Of a DNA stretch of 64,000 bases, positions 12,901-25,300 are shown one piece after another. Under the pieces are notes generated by a model. The model was not told the DNA's origin. It worked only from the letters and a program-made list of their open reading frames with translations, and ran no database searches. The DNA comes from Rhizaria sp. SCN 62-66 (lineage: Eukaryota): NCBI GenBank assembly GCA_001724265.1, contig MEDY01000106.1, forward strand, positions 1 through 64,000. The letters are read 5' to 3'. Made by a program: the position numbers and the translations under genes. Position 1 is the first letter of the stretch. Each line of letters begins with the position of its first letter.

Positions 12901-15900
12901 CAACGCAGCGCCGGCGCCGCCGTCGTTCTCCCCCAAAGTGCTCGCACCAGAAACAGAGCCATCGCTGTGACCGCTATTGGTACTGTTGAACCCGTAACCT
13001 GAGCTGTAGCCACCACTCGCGCTCGCACTGACGCTGGCACTGGCTCCGTCTACACTGCTGAGAACGGGGTTATTGCTACTGCTGCTGGTGGTACTGTTGA
13101 CGCTGATACCGACGCCGCTACTGGCGGCGGCAGCGGCGGCGGCCTTGGCGGCATTCCGCAGCACGGCCCTCCCGGCCTCCGAGAGCACCACCGCGCCGCC
13201 CTTAGCCACGGCCAACTTGCTCGCGACCCCAGTATTCGCGCTCGCGCTCTCCGCGCTGGAGCCGGCAGAGCCGAGCGCAATGGCAGCGGCGGCGGCGGCC
13301 TCGGCGGCGGCGCCCGCGGCAGCCCTGCCCTCCGCGGCGGCGGCAGCCTCGGTCTCGGTCGCGCCCAAGGTGACAGCCACGGCCGCCGAGGCCGCCGCGC
13401 CGTTGGCCGCCGCCACTTCGGCCTCCTCTGGGGTCGCAACAGAGGCGCCGCCCGCGGCGGCGGTGGCGGCGAGCGCGCGCGCGGCGAGCGGCAGGCACGG
13501 CGTGAGGGAGTACAGCAAGATGGGCGCCGAGAGGTCAGAGATGAGAGGCCGCTCGCAGCCGGCGACGGCGACGCGGCCGTGGCCATCCAGGACGAGCGAC
13601 GAGAGCTGCGTGGGGGCCTCGCCGGAGCGGGCCTCTATCGTGTCGACGCCGCCGCCGGGCCGCAGCAGCCACTTGACGACCATGCGGGCAGCGCCGACTG
13701 CGGATAGCACGCAGTCGTCAGGCCCCCAGGCCAGAGCGACCACCAGCTCGGGCGTCGGCGGCAGAACGGCGAGAGTCTGCAGGGTGCGCGCGCAGAGCAG
13801 CGAGACTGTCCGGCCCGCTGCGGCCGCGACGAGGTGGCCTGCGTGTGAGTAGCGCAGAGAGGTGACGTCGGCGAGCGCGATGGTGGCGACGCGGCTCAGG
13901 GCGCCGGGGCCGGAGCCGGGTCGCAGCGCGTAGAATGCGACGCTGTGCGGCCCCGCGACGAGCAGCGTCGCGCCCGACGGGTGCAAGGCGAGCGCGAGCG
14001 GGGTAAAGGACAGCTGCTGTAGCGTTAGGACGCGGCCCGTGAGGTAGTCAGTGACGGCGAGCACGCGGGTGGCGGGGTCCGCCGTCGCGACCAGGCTGTC
14101 GTCCGCCGCGAACGCGGGAGCGAGGGTTGCGAACCGGACCGGCGTGGCGAGAAAGAGGGACACTTCGCGCGGGATGTCGGCCGGGTTCATCGGGAGCGCG
14201 CGGAGAAAGGGCAGAGAGTAGACGGTGCGGGTTAGGGGGGCCACGGCCAGGAGCGAGGCGCCGTCGAGGGTGGGGACCAGGGACATCGGCAAGATCTCGC
14301 GAGAAGCGCCGCCAGTCGCGAAGGGGGGGTTAAAACTACTCATATTGCTCGTATTTGCACTCGCATTACTAACTCCCGACTTTTTATAGCCGCGGGAAGA
14401 CTGAGCTTTAAGTTGTTGCTGCTGCTCCTGCTGCTCCTTCGACTCCATCTGCTCAGACTGCGACTGTGAGTTTTGCAGTGTTTGATTGTCGTGCTGCAAC
14501 GACGGGCTGTGGTAGACTGGTACGGGGCCGCCGTCGCCCGCGGCCTCGTGGCCGACCGCCGGGAGAGGGACGCAGACGGCCACGTGGAAAGTCGGCACCG
14601 CACACCCCTCCCAGTCGGTACACACAAAGGCTCTCGCTTCAAAGCCAGCGCTAGAGCCAGAGCTTTGATTGCTGACGCTGACGCCTGCGCCGGTGCCCGC
14701 GCGCGCGAGCGCGAGAGAGCCCCTGCCGGCCGCAGCCTCCGCCGCGAGGGCCGCCACGGCGCCCAACCCCGCCCCCGGCGCGGTGAAAGGATTACTCCCA
14801 CTCCCGGAGTCGGCGAGGTCGAGCAGGTGGGGGGCGTACTTAGCCGTGGCGGCAGCGTCGGGGGCCCAGGTCCCGTCGCGCTGCTGCCGCCTGAAGCCGA
14901 TCACACTGCCCAGCACACGCCTCTTGCCGCCTGCGCTTCCGTTGTTCGCCGGCGAGGGCGCGGGGGCAAAGGCGTCTGCACCGCTGTAGTAGCGCCGCCT
15001 TCGCCGCTCCCTCTCAGCGGCCGGCAAGGCCGGGTCCGCCAGCGCGAAGCCCTCGCCGCCGCGGCGCCGCGCCGGGCGAGCCGCCTGGGCGCCGCGGGGG
15101 GCGGCAAAGGCAGCCGTGGTCGTGCCCGGGGGCGGCGGGGCGGGGATAGTAGAGCTGGCGCTGCCGCTATTAATGCCACTGCTGTTGTTGTTACTGTAGG
15201 GGTTAGCTGAGAGGGGGCGGCGGGAGGCTGTCCCGGGCCGCTTGAGACCGCCAGCACCCTCGCTTTGCTGCTGCTGCTGCTCTTGAAAGCTATCGAACGC
15301 ACTCGTCCTGTTCTTGTTCGCGTTGGTGATATTGTTATTGCGAGAGTAGTCGTCGTCGTCAGAGTCGGACTCGGTCTCGGTGACCGTGATTTCCTGCTCT
15401 TGCCCGTCCAGCCCCCTTAGAACGGCCACGCACTTACCCTTGCGCGGGGCACTACTTACACCGCCAGCCGAGCTACTTACATGACTCCCCTCGTTGGGGT
15501 TGCCCGAATTGTCAGCGCCATCGCCGTGAACCCGGCCCATAACGGGGAGCAAAGTGCCGTCAAGCGCGGCATTGACCTGGGCTGACGAGTGCTTGCGCTT
15601 GTACACGCTCGTATCACACATAACTCCATCACTAGCATGATTAGCAGTGTAAGTACCGTCCGCGCCAGTGTAGGTGCTCGGCAGCGTGGCGGCAGTGGTC
15701 AGCCGCAGCAGGGCGACGTATGAGGGGCCTGCGACTGCGATCGTAAGGGGGCCGTTGAGGGTGAGGTCGGAGCCTGCGACACTAGTGACGATGGGTACTG
15801 AGCCCGAAGCGCCGGTGCGGAGGCCAAAGCCGGCACTCACACTCGCACCTGCACTGGCACTAGAGCTAGAACTGGTATTGTTCGTGCTGTTAGTCGAGGG

Positions 15901-18900
15901 CGGGATGAGGGTAGCACAGCCCAGTACGGCGGGGACGGGAATCGTGCTGATCACAACATCAGCACCCGCACTCGCGCTGGTGCTGGCGCTGGCGCTGGCA
16001 CTGGCACTGGCACTGGCACCGGCGCCATCGACTGCAGCCGTTGTGGCAGCAGACTCAGTCTCAGCGCCGTTGTTGCCGGCGCAAGCGTTGCTCGTTTGCT
16101 GCGTGTTGTGATTCTTTTGCGTGTTAGAAGTGCTGCTGTAGATGTTATTGTTGACGTTGGTGAGCGGATTGACGCCCGCATCGAGCATGGCTGCCACGGT
16201 ACTCATCGCACCCGCCGGCACCGACAGCGCGGCGCTGGTCGCATGGCCGCCCCATAAGCCAGTCAAACCACCCGTATTCACACTCGCCGTCGCGCGACTA
16301 GCAGAGCCATTCGTGTTCGGGTTATCACCGTTGCCGCTATGAGTAGTAGCGTGATTGTTGTTGCTGCTGTTGCTGTTGTTGTTGATGTGGCCACTGGGGA
16401 GGGCGACTCGGCCCACGCAGGAGAAATACACCGCCGACGGCAGCGGCGGCGCCACGGCAGAAGCTAAGCCGCCCCCCTGGCCCGAAGTCAGGCCGCCCCC
16501 GCTCGAGTGCTGTGCAGGGGAGACGCCGAGAGGGGCCTGGGAGCCTGTGCCAGCGAGCAGCGGCTTGAGTTGTGCGGGAGGAGTGGCCGCCATGAGGACG
16601 TGTAAGTAGTTGCCGTAGAGCAGCACGAGCGCGCTGGGGTGGGAAGGCAGTGTGAGTAGGATCGGGGGCGCGGGGTACTTAAACGACGACTTAGACGCGG
16701 CGTGTAAGTGGTGCTGTGTGAGCGTGTCGGGCGGAATGTGGTCCAAGTACAGCGGGTCGCAGGTAAGGCCGTGCTGGTGCTTACGGCGCGACGGGGCCAG
16801 GGACCAGCGCAGCAGTGTGTAACCCGTGTGTGGCAGCGACAGCGAGAGGGTCGAGGCGGCCGCGGCGGAGGCCGAGGCCGCGGCGGCGGGCGTCACCGTC
16901 AGGCCACCGCCAGTAGCAGGCGCAGTCAAAATGCTCTGAACAGTCAGAGCGCTCTGCTGTTGCTGCTGTTGATGTAGGGCGGCACGTGCACGCCATACGA
17001 GGGGCATGACAGTCTCTGCAGTATCGGCAAGAGCAACAGCACTCCTGTCAACACGGCTGCTACTGCTGCTGACGCCGTTGTCGTGGTGGTTGTTGTTGTT
17101 GTTGTTGATGTTCATAGAATGGCGGAGACGTGTAAAAAGCGCCACAGCGGCTGACTCTAAAGCGTCAGGGCCCAAAGCGCCCGCGAGTGCAAGACCCGAG
17201 AGATACTTAGACACGGACAAGTGCTTGCCGGCGGCGTTCGGAACGCCCGTCGCAGAGCCGGTGACCTCGAGTGCCGCGATAGCGGAGGCTAGTACCGACG
17301 CCGCCGCTGCCCCCGGTGAGGCCGCCGCCTCCGCCGCCGCGACTGCGACGCTATCGCCATTGCCGCTGCCATTGCCACTGCCGAGGCGGTGACTGTGACC
17401 GTGGTAACGGCGCAGGCTATCATGGTCGCCGCCGTCGCCGTTGTTGTTGTCGTCGTTGCCGTTACCATGCATGAGGGAGTAAGTGAGCTGAGGCAGCGCT
17501 GCGGTGATGACGGCCCGCGCGTTGGCCGCGGCGGCAGCCTCCCAGCTCCCGGCGACGGCGCCGGCGCCCGCGAACAGGGCCACAGCCCCTTTAGCATCCC
17601 CGCTACCGTCGATCGCAGCAACAGTCGTAGCAGTATGATTCGTCGCGCCTGCACTTGCATCGTGTAACCCGGCGGCGACACCAGTGCTGTTCAACGCGTC
17701 CCCGTGTATGTTCGTTTTCCCGCTCACATATGCGCTCTGTTGTTGCATTGCTGTTGCTGTGGCTGGAAGGCAGGCGTTGATGGGGTTGGCGGTGGCCGTG
17801 TGGAGGCACGTGTGCCACTCGCCGGCGCGTACCCGTGACCACCGGGCCCACAGCACCGGCGAGTGCACGAAGCGGGGCCGGTGCAAGAGTCGGCCGACGA
17901 CGATGGTCGGGCCCTGGCCGGCGGGACCGGACCAGTGCATAGCAGCACCAGCAGCTGGGCCGCTTGACTGGTGAGACTGAGAATGAGACTGTGAGTCGTT
18001 GTCCTGGTCTTGCTGTTGTTGGTGGTGGTGATGTAATGGGTGCTTAGAGCAGGTGAACTGGTCTAAGGGCCTCGCCGACTGCAAGTAGCCCCCGGAAGCG
18101 GCCCCCTTGTGCTGCAAATGCGGCCGCAAGTTAAGTCCGCCGTTGTTGCTGGCCGTGATCGTGCTGTTCACAGTGCTGCTGCTGAAGGGCAACGCCACGT
18201 TGCGCGAGGCAAGAGAACCTGCCGTGACGGTGCTGCCGGTAAAAGCCGCGGTAGCGGCGGCGGCAGAGGTGGAAAACATCAGGTTGGAACTCGCGGCGAC
18301 GCAGTTGTTGATATTCGAGCTGTGCTGCTGTCCAGCAACAACACTACTGTTGCCACTGCTGTTGCTGTTGTTCTTGTTCTGTAATGACGACTGCGGGTGC
18401 TGTTTGAGGAGGTCTGCGGTGACGACGACGGGGTCCGTCGCGGTGCTATTGTGCCGGGCCCATTCCCACACCATAACCGGCCACGCAGGCCCATCGCCCA
18501 CCAGGAGCAGATATCGCCCGCACGGTGACCACTGCAGCAGAACGACCGCCGCGAAGAGGCGCTGGCCGGGGACCAGAGGGATCCGAGGCCGCGGGGCAAA
18601 GGAGAGGCCGGCGGTGGCGTAGCGGCGAGTGCGGGTCACCGCCGCCGTCGCAGTCGCGGAGACGGGGCGATTTGACGAGGCTGAGGGGGGACGCGCTTTG
18701 TTAGGGTTGATACGAATGCGGGATGTGGCTTCGCCGCCGTCGTTATCGTCGTAATCACTGTTCTCGTCATCGTCTTCATCGTTGTCGTCATCATCATCAT
18801 CATCATCGGTAAAGTCGCCGTCATTATCGTTGAGAGTTGCACTGTTGTGGGTGTTAGAGCCTTTGCTGTTGGTGTTGACCCGACGCAGGGCATCGCCGAC

Positions 18901-19515
18901 ACCTAACGGAATACCACCACCACCAGCGGCAATAGCAGTGTTACTGTCGCCGTTTAGCTGCTGCTGTTGCTGCTGTAGCATCTGCTGCTGCTTGAGCGCC
19001 GCCCTGCGAGCCTTCCCATGCTGTGCCCAGTACACACCCTGTCCGAGCCGCGCCTTGACAACGCCGACGTGCCGCGTAGGCAGCGTGAGCACGGCGCACA
19101 CGCGCGGGGCCAGGTCCACCACGCCGCTGCCGCCGTCGGAGTCCTCGCCCGCCACCGCCGCCGCAGGGCTGCGGCGGGAGCCCTGGGGCGAAATGACAAA
19201 AGGCAAGGGATATGCATGAAGATATGAGCTTATAAACTCAAAATTAATATTAAATATATGTTAAGTAGTGGTTGGTCCACTTTATATAAAGTTTAATTAA
19301 GGTTATTTGTTATATATTGTGATATACTCCGTGTTTTGTGTTAAATGAATAAGCGTACCTGCGTGAAAGCTCCGTCGAGCCGGACGACGATGACACGGAC
19401 GGCGTCGGTAAGTGTGCCAGTGGGGTCAGCCTCGGCGATGGCCAGCAGGCGACCGGAGGGGTGCGCCGCAAGGGCCGTGGTGGCCAAGGTCGCGGCCGGG
19501 GAGACGCGGGACCGG

Positions 19516-19551
<36 letters not shown>

Positions 19552-20708
19552 TGTTGAGACTAAGACTGAGGGTTTGACTGCGGTTGTGAGTTTGACGCTG
19601 TAGCGGCGGTGGCGGTGGCGGCGGCGACGGCGGCCGTGCCAGCCGCTACGGCGGCCCCCGCCGCGGCCACTGGGTCATAGGGGGGCGGCATGATAAGCTC
19701 AAAGTGACCGTGAGCAGCGGAGTGACCGTGAGCGGCGCCGGTTCCTGCAGTTGTTACGCCACCATTGGTACTCGCACTCGCGGTCGCGTTGCCGCCGCTA
19801 CCTGTCACATTGCTTGGGTTATTCGCGGTATTAGCGCCATTGTTGCTGGGGACAAGGCCGGGTAACAGAGCTAGGCCGGGCTTCTTAAGAAACACGCTGG
19901 TGACTGTGGGGGCCAGAACCTACGACAATGACGACTTCGAAGTAAAGCCGCTATCACTCACGCTCGAGCTAGAGCTGGAACAAACGTTGCCACTAGAGTT
20001 AGAGCTAGAGCTTAAGGTGGCGTTGATGTTGTTGCTGTTGTTGCTGTTGTTGCTGTTGTTGTTGAGTGTGCGGAGGATGATATGCGGTCCGTTGGCGTAG
20101 GCTGCGACCGGGCCCACCGCCGCCGCCGTCGCCACAGCGTTGATCTGTGCCCCGCTGGCGTTGTTGTTGAAGTTGAACGGCAGCAGCGGGGATGGGAGGT
20201 ACTTAGAGTGGATCTGAGGGCCGACGAACACGGCCGAGTCGTCGTAGAGGGGGTCGAACGAGTGGACAGACCGGGGTACTGGCGCCAAGTCGATGGTGTG
20301 GGAAGCCGGGCGGGGAGGCGGAGGGGCAACGGAGGCCACCCGCGCAGCAGCACTCACACCCGCATTAGAGCTCGAGGTAGAGCTAGATCCATAGCTGTTG
20401 GCGTTGCTGCTGCCGCTGTTGCTGCTGCTGTTGTTGTATGATGTGGGATGGGCTGATGACGGGCGCATGGTAGCGCGGTTGCTAATAGCAGCGCCCGGCG
20501 CGGACAAGCTGTCCGTAACCACGGTGCCGCCGCTGACAACGCCGCCGCCGCCGCCCGCGCCGCTGTGCGGAGGACGGGGGAAGGCGGAGGCCGGACGGCC
20601 CGCTCGATGCGGGGGTTGACTGGGGGTCGCCTCCGCGAAGGCTGAGCGGGCTCGGGGGTCCTGCGGGGCCGCCGCGGGAGACACAAAGGACGCGGGAGGC
20701 TGGGACAT
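6913..20708 (-). CDS. giant WD40-repeat plus C-terminal coiled-coil protein, CFAP57/WDR65-like (~4270 aa if two TAG codons are read as sense)
   Basis: Exons 20708-19359, 19182-9985, 9749-9172, 8993-8763, 8572-7994, 7795-6913 sum to 12819 nt, in frame, all introns GT-AG. WD blades TALAAHPSGRLLAIAE, LQWSPCGRYLLLVGDGPAWPVMVWEW, PLALALHPSGATLLVA and LRYSHAGHLVAAAAG, followed by a coiled coil. In-frame TAG at 19920-19922 and 19560-19562. Ends in TAA. Confidence 0.75.
10389..10410. repeat. dispersed mini-hairpin word CGTCTAAG-TACCCC-CTTAGACG (core TAAGTACCCCCTTA)
   Basis: Exact 14-nt core at 10393-10406, 26060-26073 and 60498-60511, and as reverse complement at 44231-44244. Confidence 0.75.
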
Positions 20709-22393
20709 GGGTCACGGCGCGGCCGCAAGGCGCTGGGGACGCTCTGAGAGGGTGGGAGCCGTTGGGCTGGCGAAGGCTCTTGTCACTTGGGTTCAAACAA
20801 GGAGGGAGCGAAAGTGACTGCAGAGAAAGGGGAGTAAAGTGTAACATGATATAAACGGCGGATATAAAAGAATTGATAGAATTTTGTTAGTTTCAGGATA
20901 GAATAAGGAAGATAAAATTTTGATAAAGGCGCTGGGAACGAACGAAAGATGGAAGGCCTGGGCCTGTGAAGAGTGGGCTTCCGCGGGGAGCGCAAACAAA
21001 TGTCTATCAAGAGTTTTGATGACTATAATTACAGATAATGAATTTAAACTGATGGAAGTATAACACTTTTGAAATCAGTGTTAGTCTGGCGATGAAATGA
21101 CCTTGCTCGGCGGGGGTACTTTTAGTCCTCGCTCGAGCAAGTTCCCCCTCGGCCGCCACCACCAGCTGGCAGGTGGTGGCGGCTCGCAGCGGTGTCAGTA
21201 ACCGACAGAACTCAAATGGAAATCATGGGTTTAGGAACGTTCACAAATGTCAATACGTATATACCTTGTGTATGGTATGGGCATTGGTGATTAGATTATG
21301 AAAATTTTGTTGAATTTGGGATCATTGTTCATATTTACAGATATAACTCGCTTGACTTGACTTGAATACACTTGAACAATCAGCCTCGCTTTTACATCCA
21401 GATCAGGCATGAAGTAGTTATGCATTTGTTAGCTATAACATGTTTTTTTCATGTATATTGCTGTAAGCATTGAAATATATGAATACGTGAAGATTTCTGG
21501 TACGACTGGCTTGCAAGCAACGTAACCGCCACAAACTGTGATGCAGTAACTTTGCGACTGTGCGAAAGGAGTCCGTATCACTCTTACAACTTTTTAGCCG
21601 ACGAACGCAAACAACAGCAGGCAGTGACTAGCACGGTGAGTTAGCTAGTTTGCATCAGGCTTACGTGTTAAGATCTTATGCCAAGTGAGTCTTTCCTCAG
21701 CCTTGTGAGAATCACAGCATCATGGAACGTAATCTACCTCATTGCATTGTGTAGCGCTGCAAGCAGGAATAATATCAGTCATGAATTTGTTAATTCAATA
21801 TGAATGTATTGTTGATGGTGTAAACAGTCCGAAATCGTCTCATTACATCGTTGAAAATGATGATAAGCTTATACTGTACATATGAAGAAGTCAGTCACTA
21901 TGCTGCTTATTCATTCACTCATTCTTCCGGAGACGAAAAGACTAGTGAAACAAAATGGAAATAAATTGTGCGGTGGGTAAATAAAAGATAGAGATCGATG
22001 TGAATAAAGATAAAATTAAAAAAAAATGAACGTGATAGAAAGTATGAACTACTCTTGAGCCTAAGAAAGCACTGAAGCTGTGTAATAGTTGGACTCTCGG
22101 ACATGCGATCAGGAATAAGTGTAAATTAAAAAAATGAGAAACTATCGACAATGATAGCACTGACAAAACGTAAAATATACTAGAAATTGACGGCAAATGA
22201 TATCAAGAACGTATATTGGCGCAAAGAACACTGCATATACGCACTCAAACCAAAGCCAACACATGGATCCTCACACGGATCCATCTCCTCAAACCTCTTC
22301 ACTCGTCAAGAGGTATGACGATTAGTCGGAATATTACACTGCTATTATTTTGTTGATATGTTTTTGCTTTCAATACTCGTACTACTAACGGGA

Positions 22394-25300
22394 TCACTAT
22401 TCACTGCTGTTGTTTTGTGGTTGTTCAATATTGTTGTCTCTATGGCTGCTGCTGCGACCAGTGTTGCTGGTGTCGCTGCCGTTGCTGTTGAGACTGCTGC
22501 GGCGGCTGCTACGGCAAGCGCCAGAGAAGCCAATAGTGCTACTCGAATCAAGCTTAATGCGCCGCAAACGACCATGCTGCTGTAGCTGTTGCTGCGACTC
22601 GGCTGCTCCTGTGGCTGCCGCAGTGCCAGCTTCTGCTGGGGACGCAACCGAGATCGTCGTCAACGGCGTTGCAAGCGGCAGGTGCGACTGCGGTAACAGC
22701 AACGCTGCCGCCGCCGCTGCCGTTGCGGAGCCGTGCATCTCTTGCGACAGCGACCGTGAGCATGACTGCGACGGAGACGGCGACGGCGACGGCGACTGCG
22801 AGCTGGGCGACGACAGAGGCGGGGACTGGGAGCGGGAGCGTGACTGCAACGGTGAGCTGCTCAGGGGTGCGCGCAACTGCGACTGTGGCAGCTGGCGTAA
22901 CTGGGACTGCGAGGGCTGCGTCTGAGACTGCTGCTGCTGCTTATGGAGCTTTTCTAGTAGTTTCTGCTCGAGCAGCAACGCTCTCTTTCTCTCGTGCTCC
23001 TGCTCCTGCTCTTGCACTTGCACTTGCTGCGGCGACTTAGACGGTGACTGTGTCTGCGACTGAGAATGTGTCTGCGAGTGCAAATATGAGTTCGACTTAG
23101 AGCTGTTAGACTGCGAGTTCAGCTGGGACTGCGGCTGGGGCTGAGACTGTGACGCATTCAAAAGTTGTGACTGCGTCTTGGCCGCGTCGTCTCTCGCGGC
23201 TCTAACGGCAACGGCGCTGAGTCCAGTCGGAATTGACACCGACAAGTTGTAAGTGCTGCGATTCCGTGTGCTGACTCTCCTGTCGCTGCCTCTCGACTGC
23301 TGAGATTGCTGTTGCTGCTGCTGTTGTTGCTGCTCACGGTCATTACCTGCACTGTACGTCGCGTTTGGCGCTAGACTGAGGCCCACAGTCAACCGGCCAC
23401 GAGAGTTCAGCTTCCCCGGCGAATGATGACTCTGCCCTTGGCCGTGGCCGTGACCGTGGCCGTGGTCGTGACCGTGAGCAGCTGCGGTCTGGCTGCAGCT
23501 GTGGCTTTGCGCACTCGCCTGACTGTAGGGATGGCTCGAGCTCGAGGCCGCGCCATGGCTATGCGCACTGCACTGACTCAGTGCCGCGCTATGACGGTGA
23601 CTTCCGTGGCAGTTCCCGTTACCAAGGTTCCGACTCTGGTTGTTATCCTTCGGGTTGCTTTTACCGCTCTTGTCGTCGGCGTTGCCGGTGGATTCGTCGT
23701 CAGAGTCGGTCACTGTAACCACCGTGTTCTTGTCCGCATCGGCGTCGGCGTCGGCGTCGGCGTCAGCGTCACTTCTACTTGCGCTTGCACTTGCACTGGA
23801 GCTTGAGCTCAAGCTCATTAAGCTCAAGCTCGCGTTCACACGGCCACTGCCATTCTTATCACTGTCATCAGCGTTGCGTTTGCCATCCGTGCGCTTGCTA
23901 TCAAGGCAATTCGCGTTGATCGCGATCGCGTGATCAGCAGTCACCGCAGCGTCAGTAGCAGTCTTAGCAGCTGGAGCAGCAGGAGCAGCAGCAGGATTGA
24001 GAGTGGCACGACGACCGCCTTGATCGAGATCGACCCTATCAGCCAGTCTCGTCGTCGCCGCCTCAACCAGCGCCGCCGACGTGGCCATCAGTCGCGACGC
24101 CGTGGCCGGAGACGTGTCGGCCGGGGCCGCCGTCGCCGCCAGCGCGCTGCTACTGAGTGTGCAGGTAGTGAGGGTTACCGGCCCGCGCCGCTGCTGCCGC
24201 CGCTTGCTCTGACTGTGGCTGTGGCTGCTGCTGATGTGGCTGCTGCTGCTGCTGCTGCTACTGCTGTTGCTGGTGCCCTCGTTGGCGCTGGTGAGGCTGC
24301 CGGGGGTGCTCGCAGTCTCATCAACGCCGGCATTTAGCGCGCTCATACTCAGACGCGTGGGCTCGACCTCAGCCGCGGCCGCAGCCGCAGGCTTGGTGGT
24401 GGCGGCGGCCGCTGTGTGTGCGTGCCTGTGGGCATTGTTTGCGCTCTGGGCAGTGCTTGCACTATGGGCGGTGTTTGCACTCGCACTGCTGTGGGGACTG
24501 TGGCTGTGGCTTTGACTGTGGCTGTGGGCGGAGATGCTTGAGGGCGTCACAATCACGCTCGCATTACCCACGTTGATGCTATTGTTGTTGTTATTGCTGC
24601 TGCTGTTGTTGTTGTTGCTGGCAGCGTGAGAGTGTGAGTGGTTCGAGGGGGTGTTTGCACTGCTGACCGGAGTCACAATCAAGCTGTTGGTCACATTGAC
24701 GAAACCGGTGCTGATACTGCAACAAGAGTCACGGCCGCCGCTCTCGTTGTTGTTGCTCATGCTAAGGCTCGTGCTGGTGTTGGTGGCTGTAAGGCTGCCG
24801 GTGTCGACAATGACGGCGCTCGCGCTCGCGTCGATCTTGAGCTCCCACCTCTTGGCGAACGAGCGCCCGTGACCGTGGCCAACAGCAGCAGCAGCAGCAG
24901 TAGCGGCCGCCGCCTTCGTCGTGGAATCATCTGCGCCTAAGCTTGTAAGTGGAAGGGAATTGGCGACGCCAGAATTTGCGTCATTGCCAGTGTCGTTGCT
25001 GTTGGCAGCGAGCGTACCATCACCCCTGCTTTGATCGTCCCTCGACGAGACGGCGGCCGCATCCGCCGCGGTGACGGCCGCGGTATCAGTCTCCGTCTCA
25101 GTCGTCGTCGCAGTGGCCGCCGCAGTCGTCGTCGTCATGGCCACCTCGGCCTCGGTGTCGGCCGAGGTGACCGTGACAGGAACACTCCTCACAGAGTCAG
25201 CGGCAGCGACAACAACAGGAACAAGAGCGGCGGTCGCGTCATTGCCCGCGTGAGTCGTATCAGCAGCCTCAGCGTCAGCAGCGGCCGCCGCCGCCTCGGC

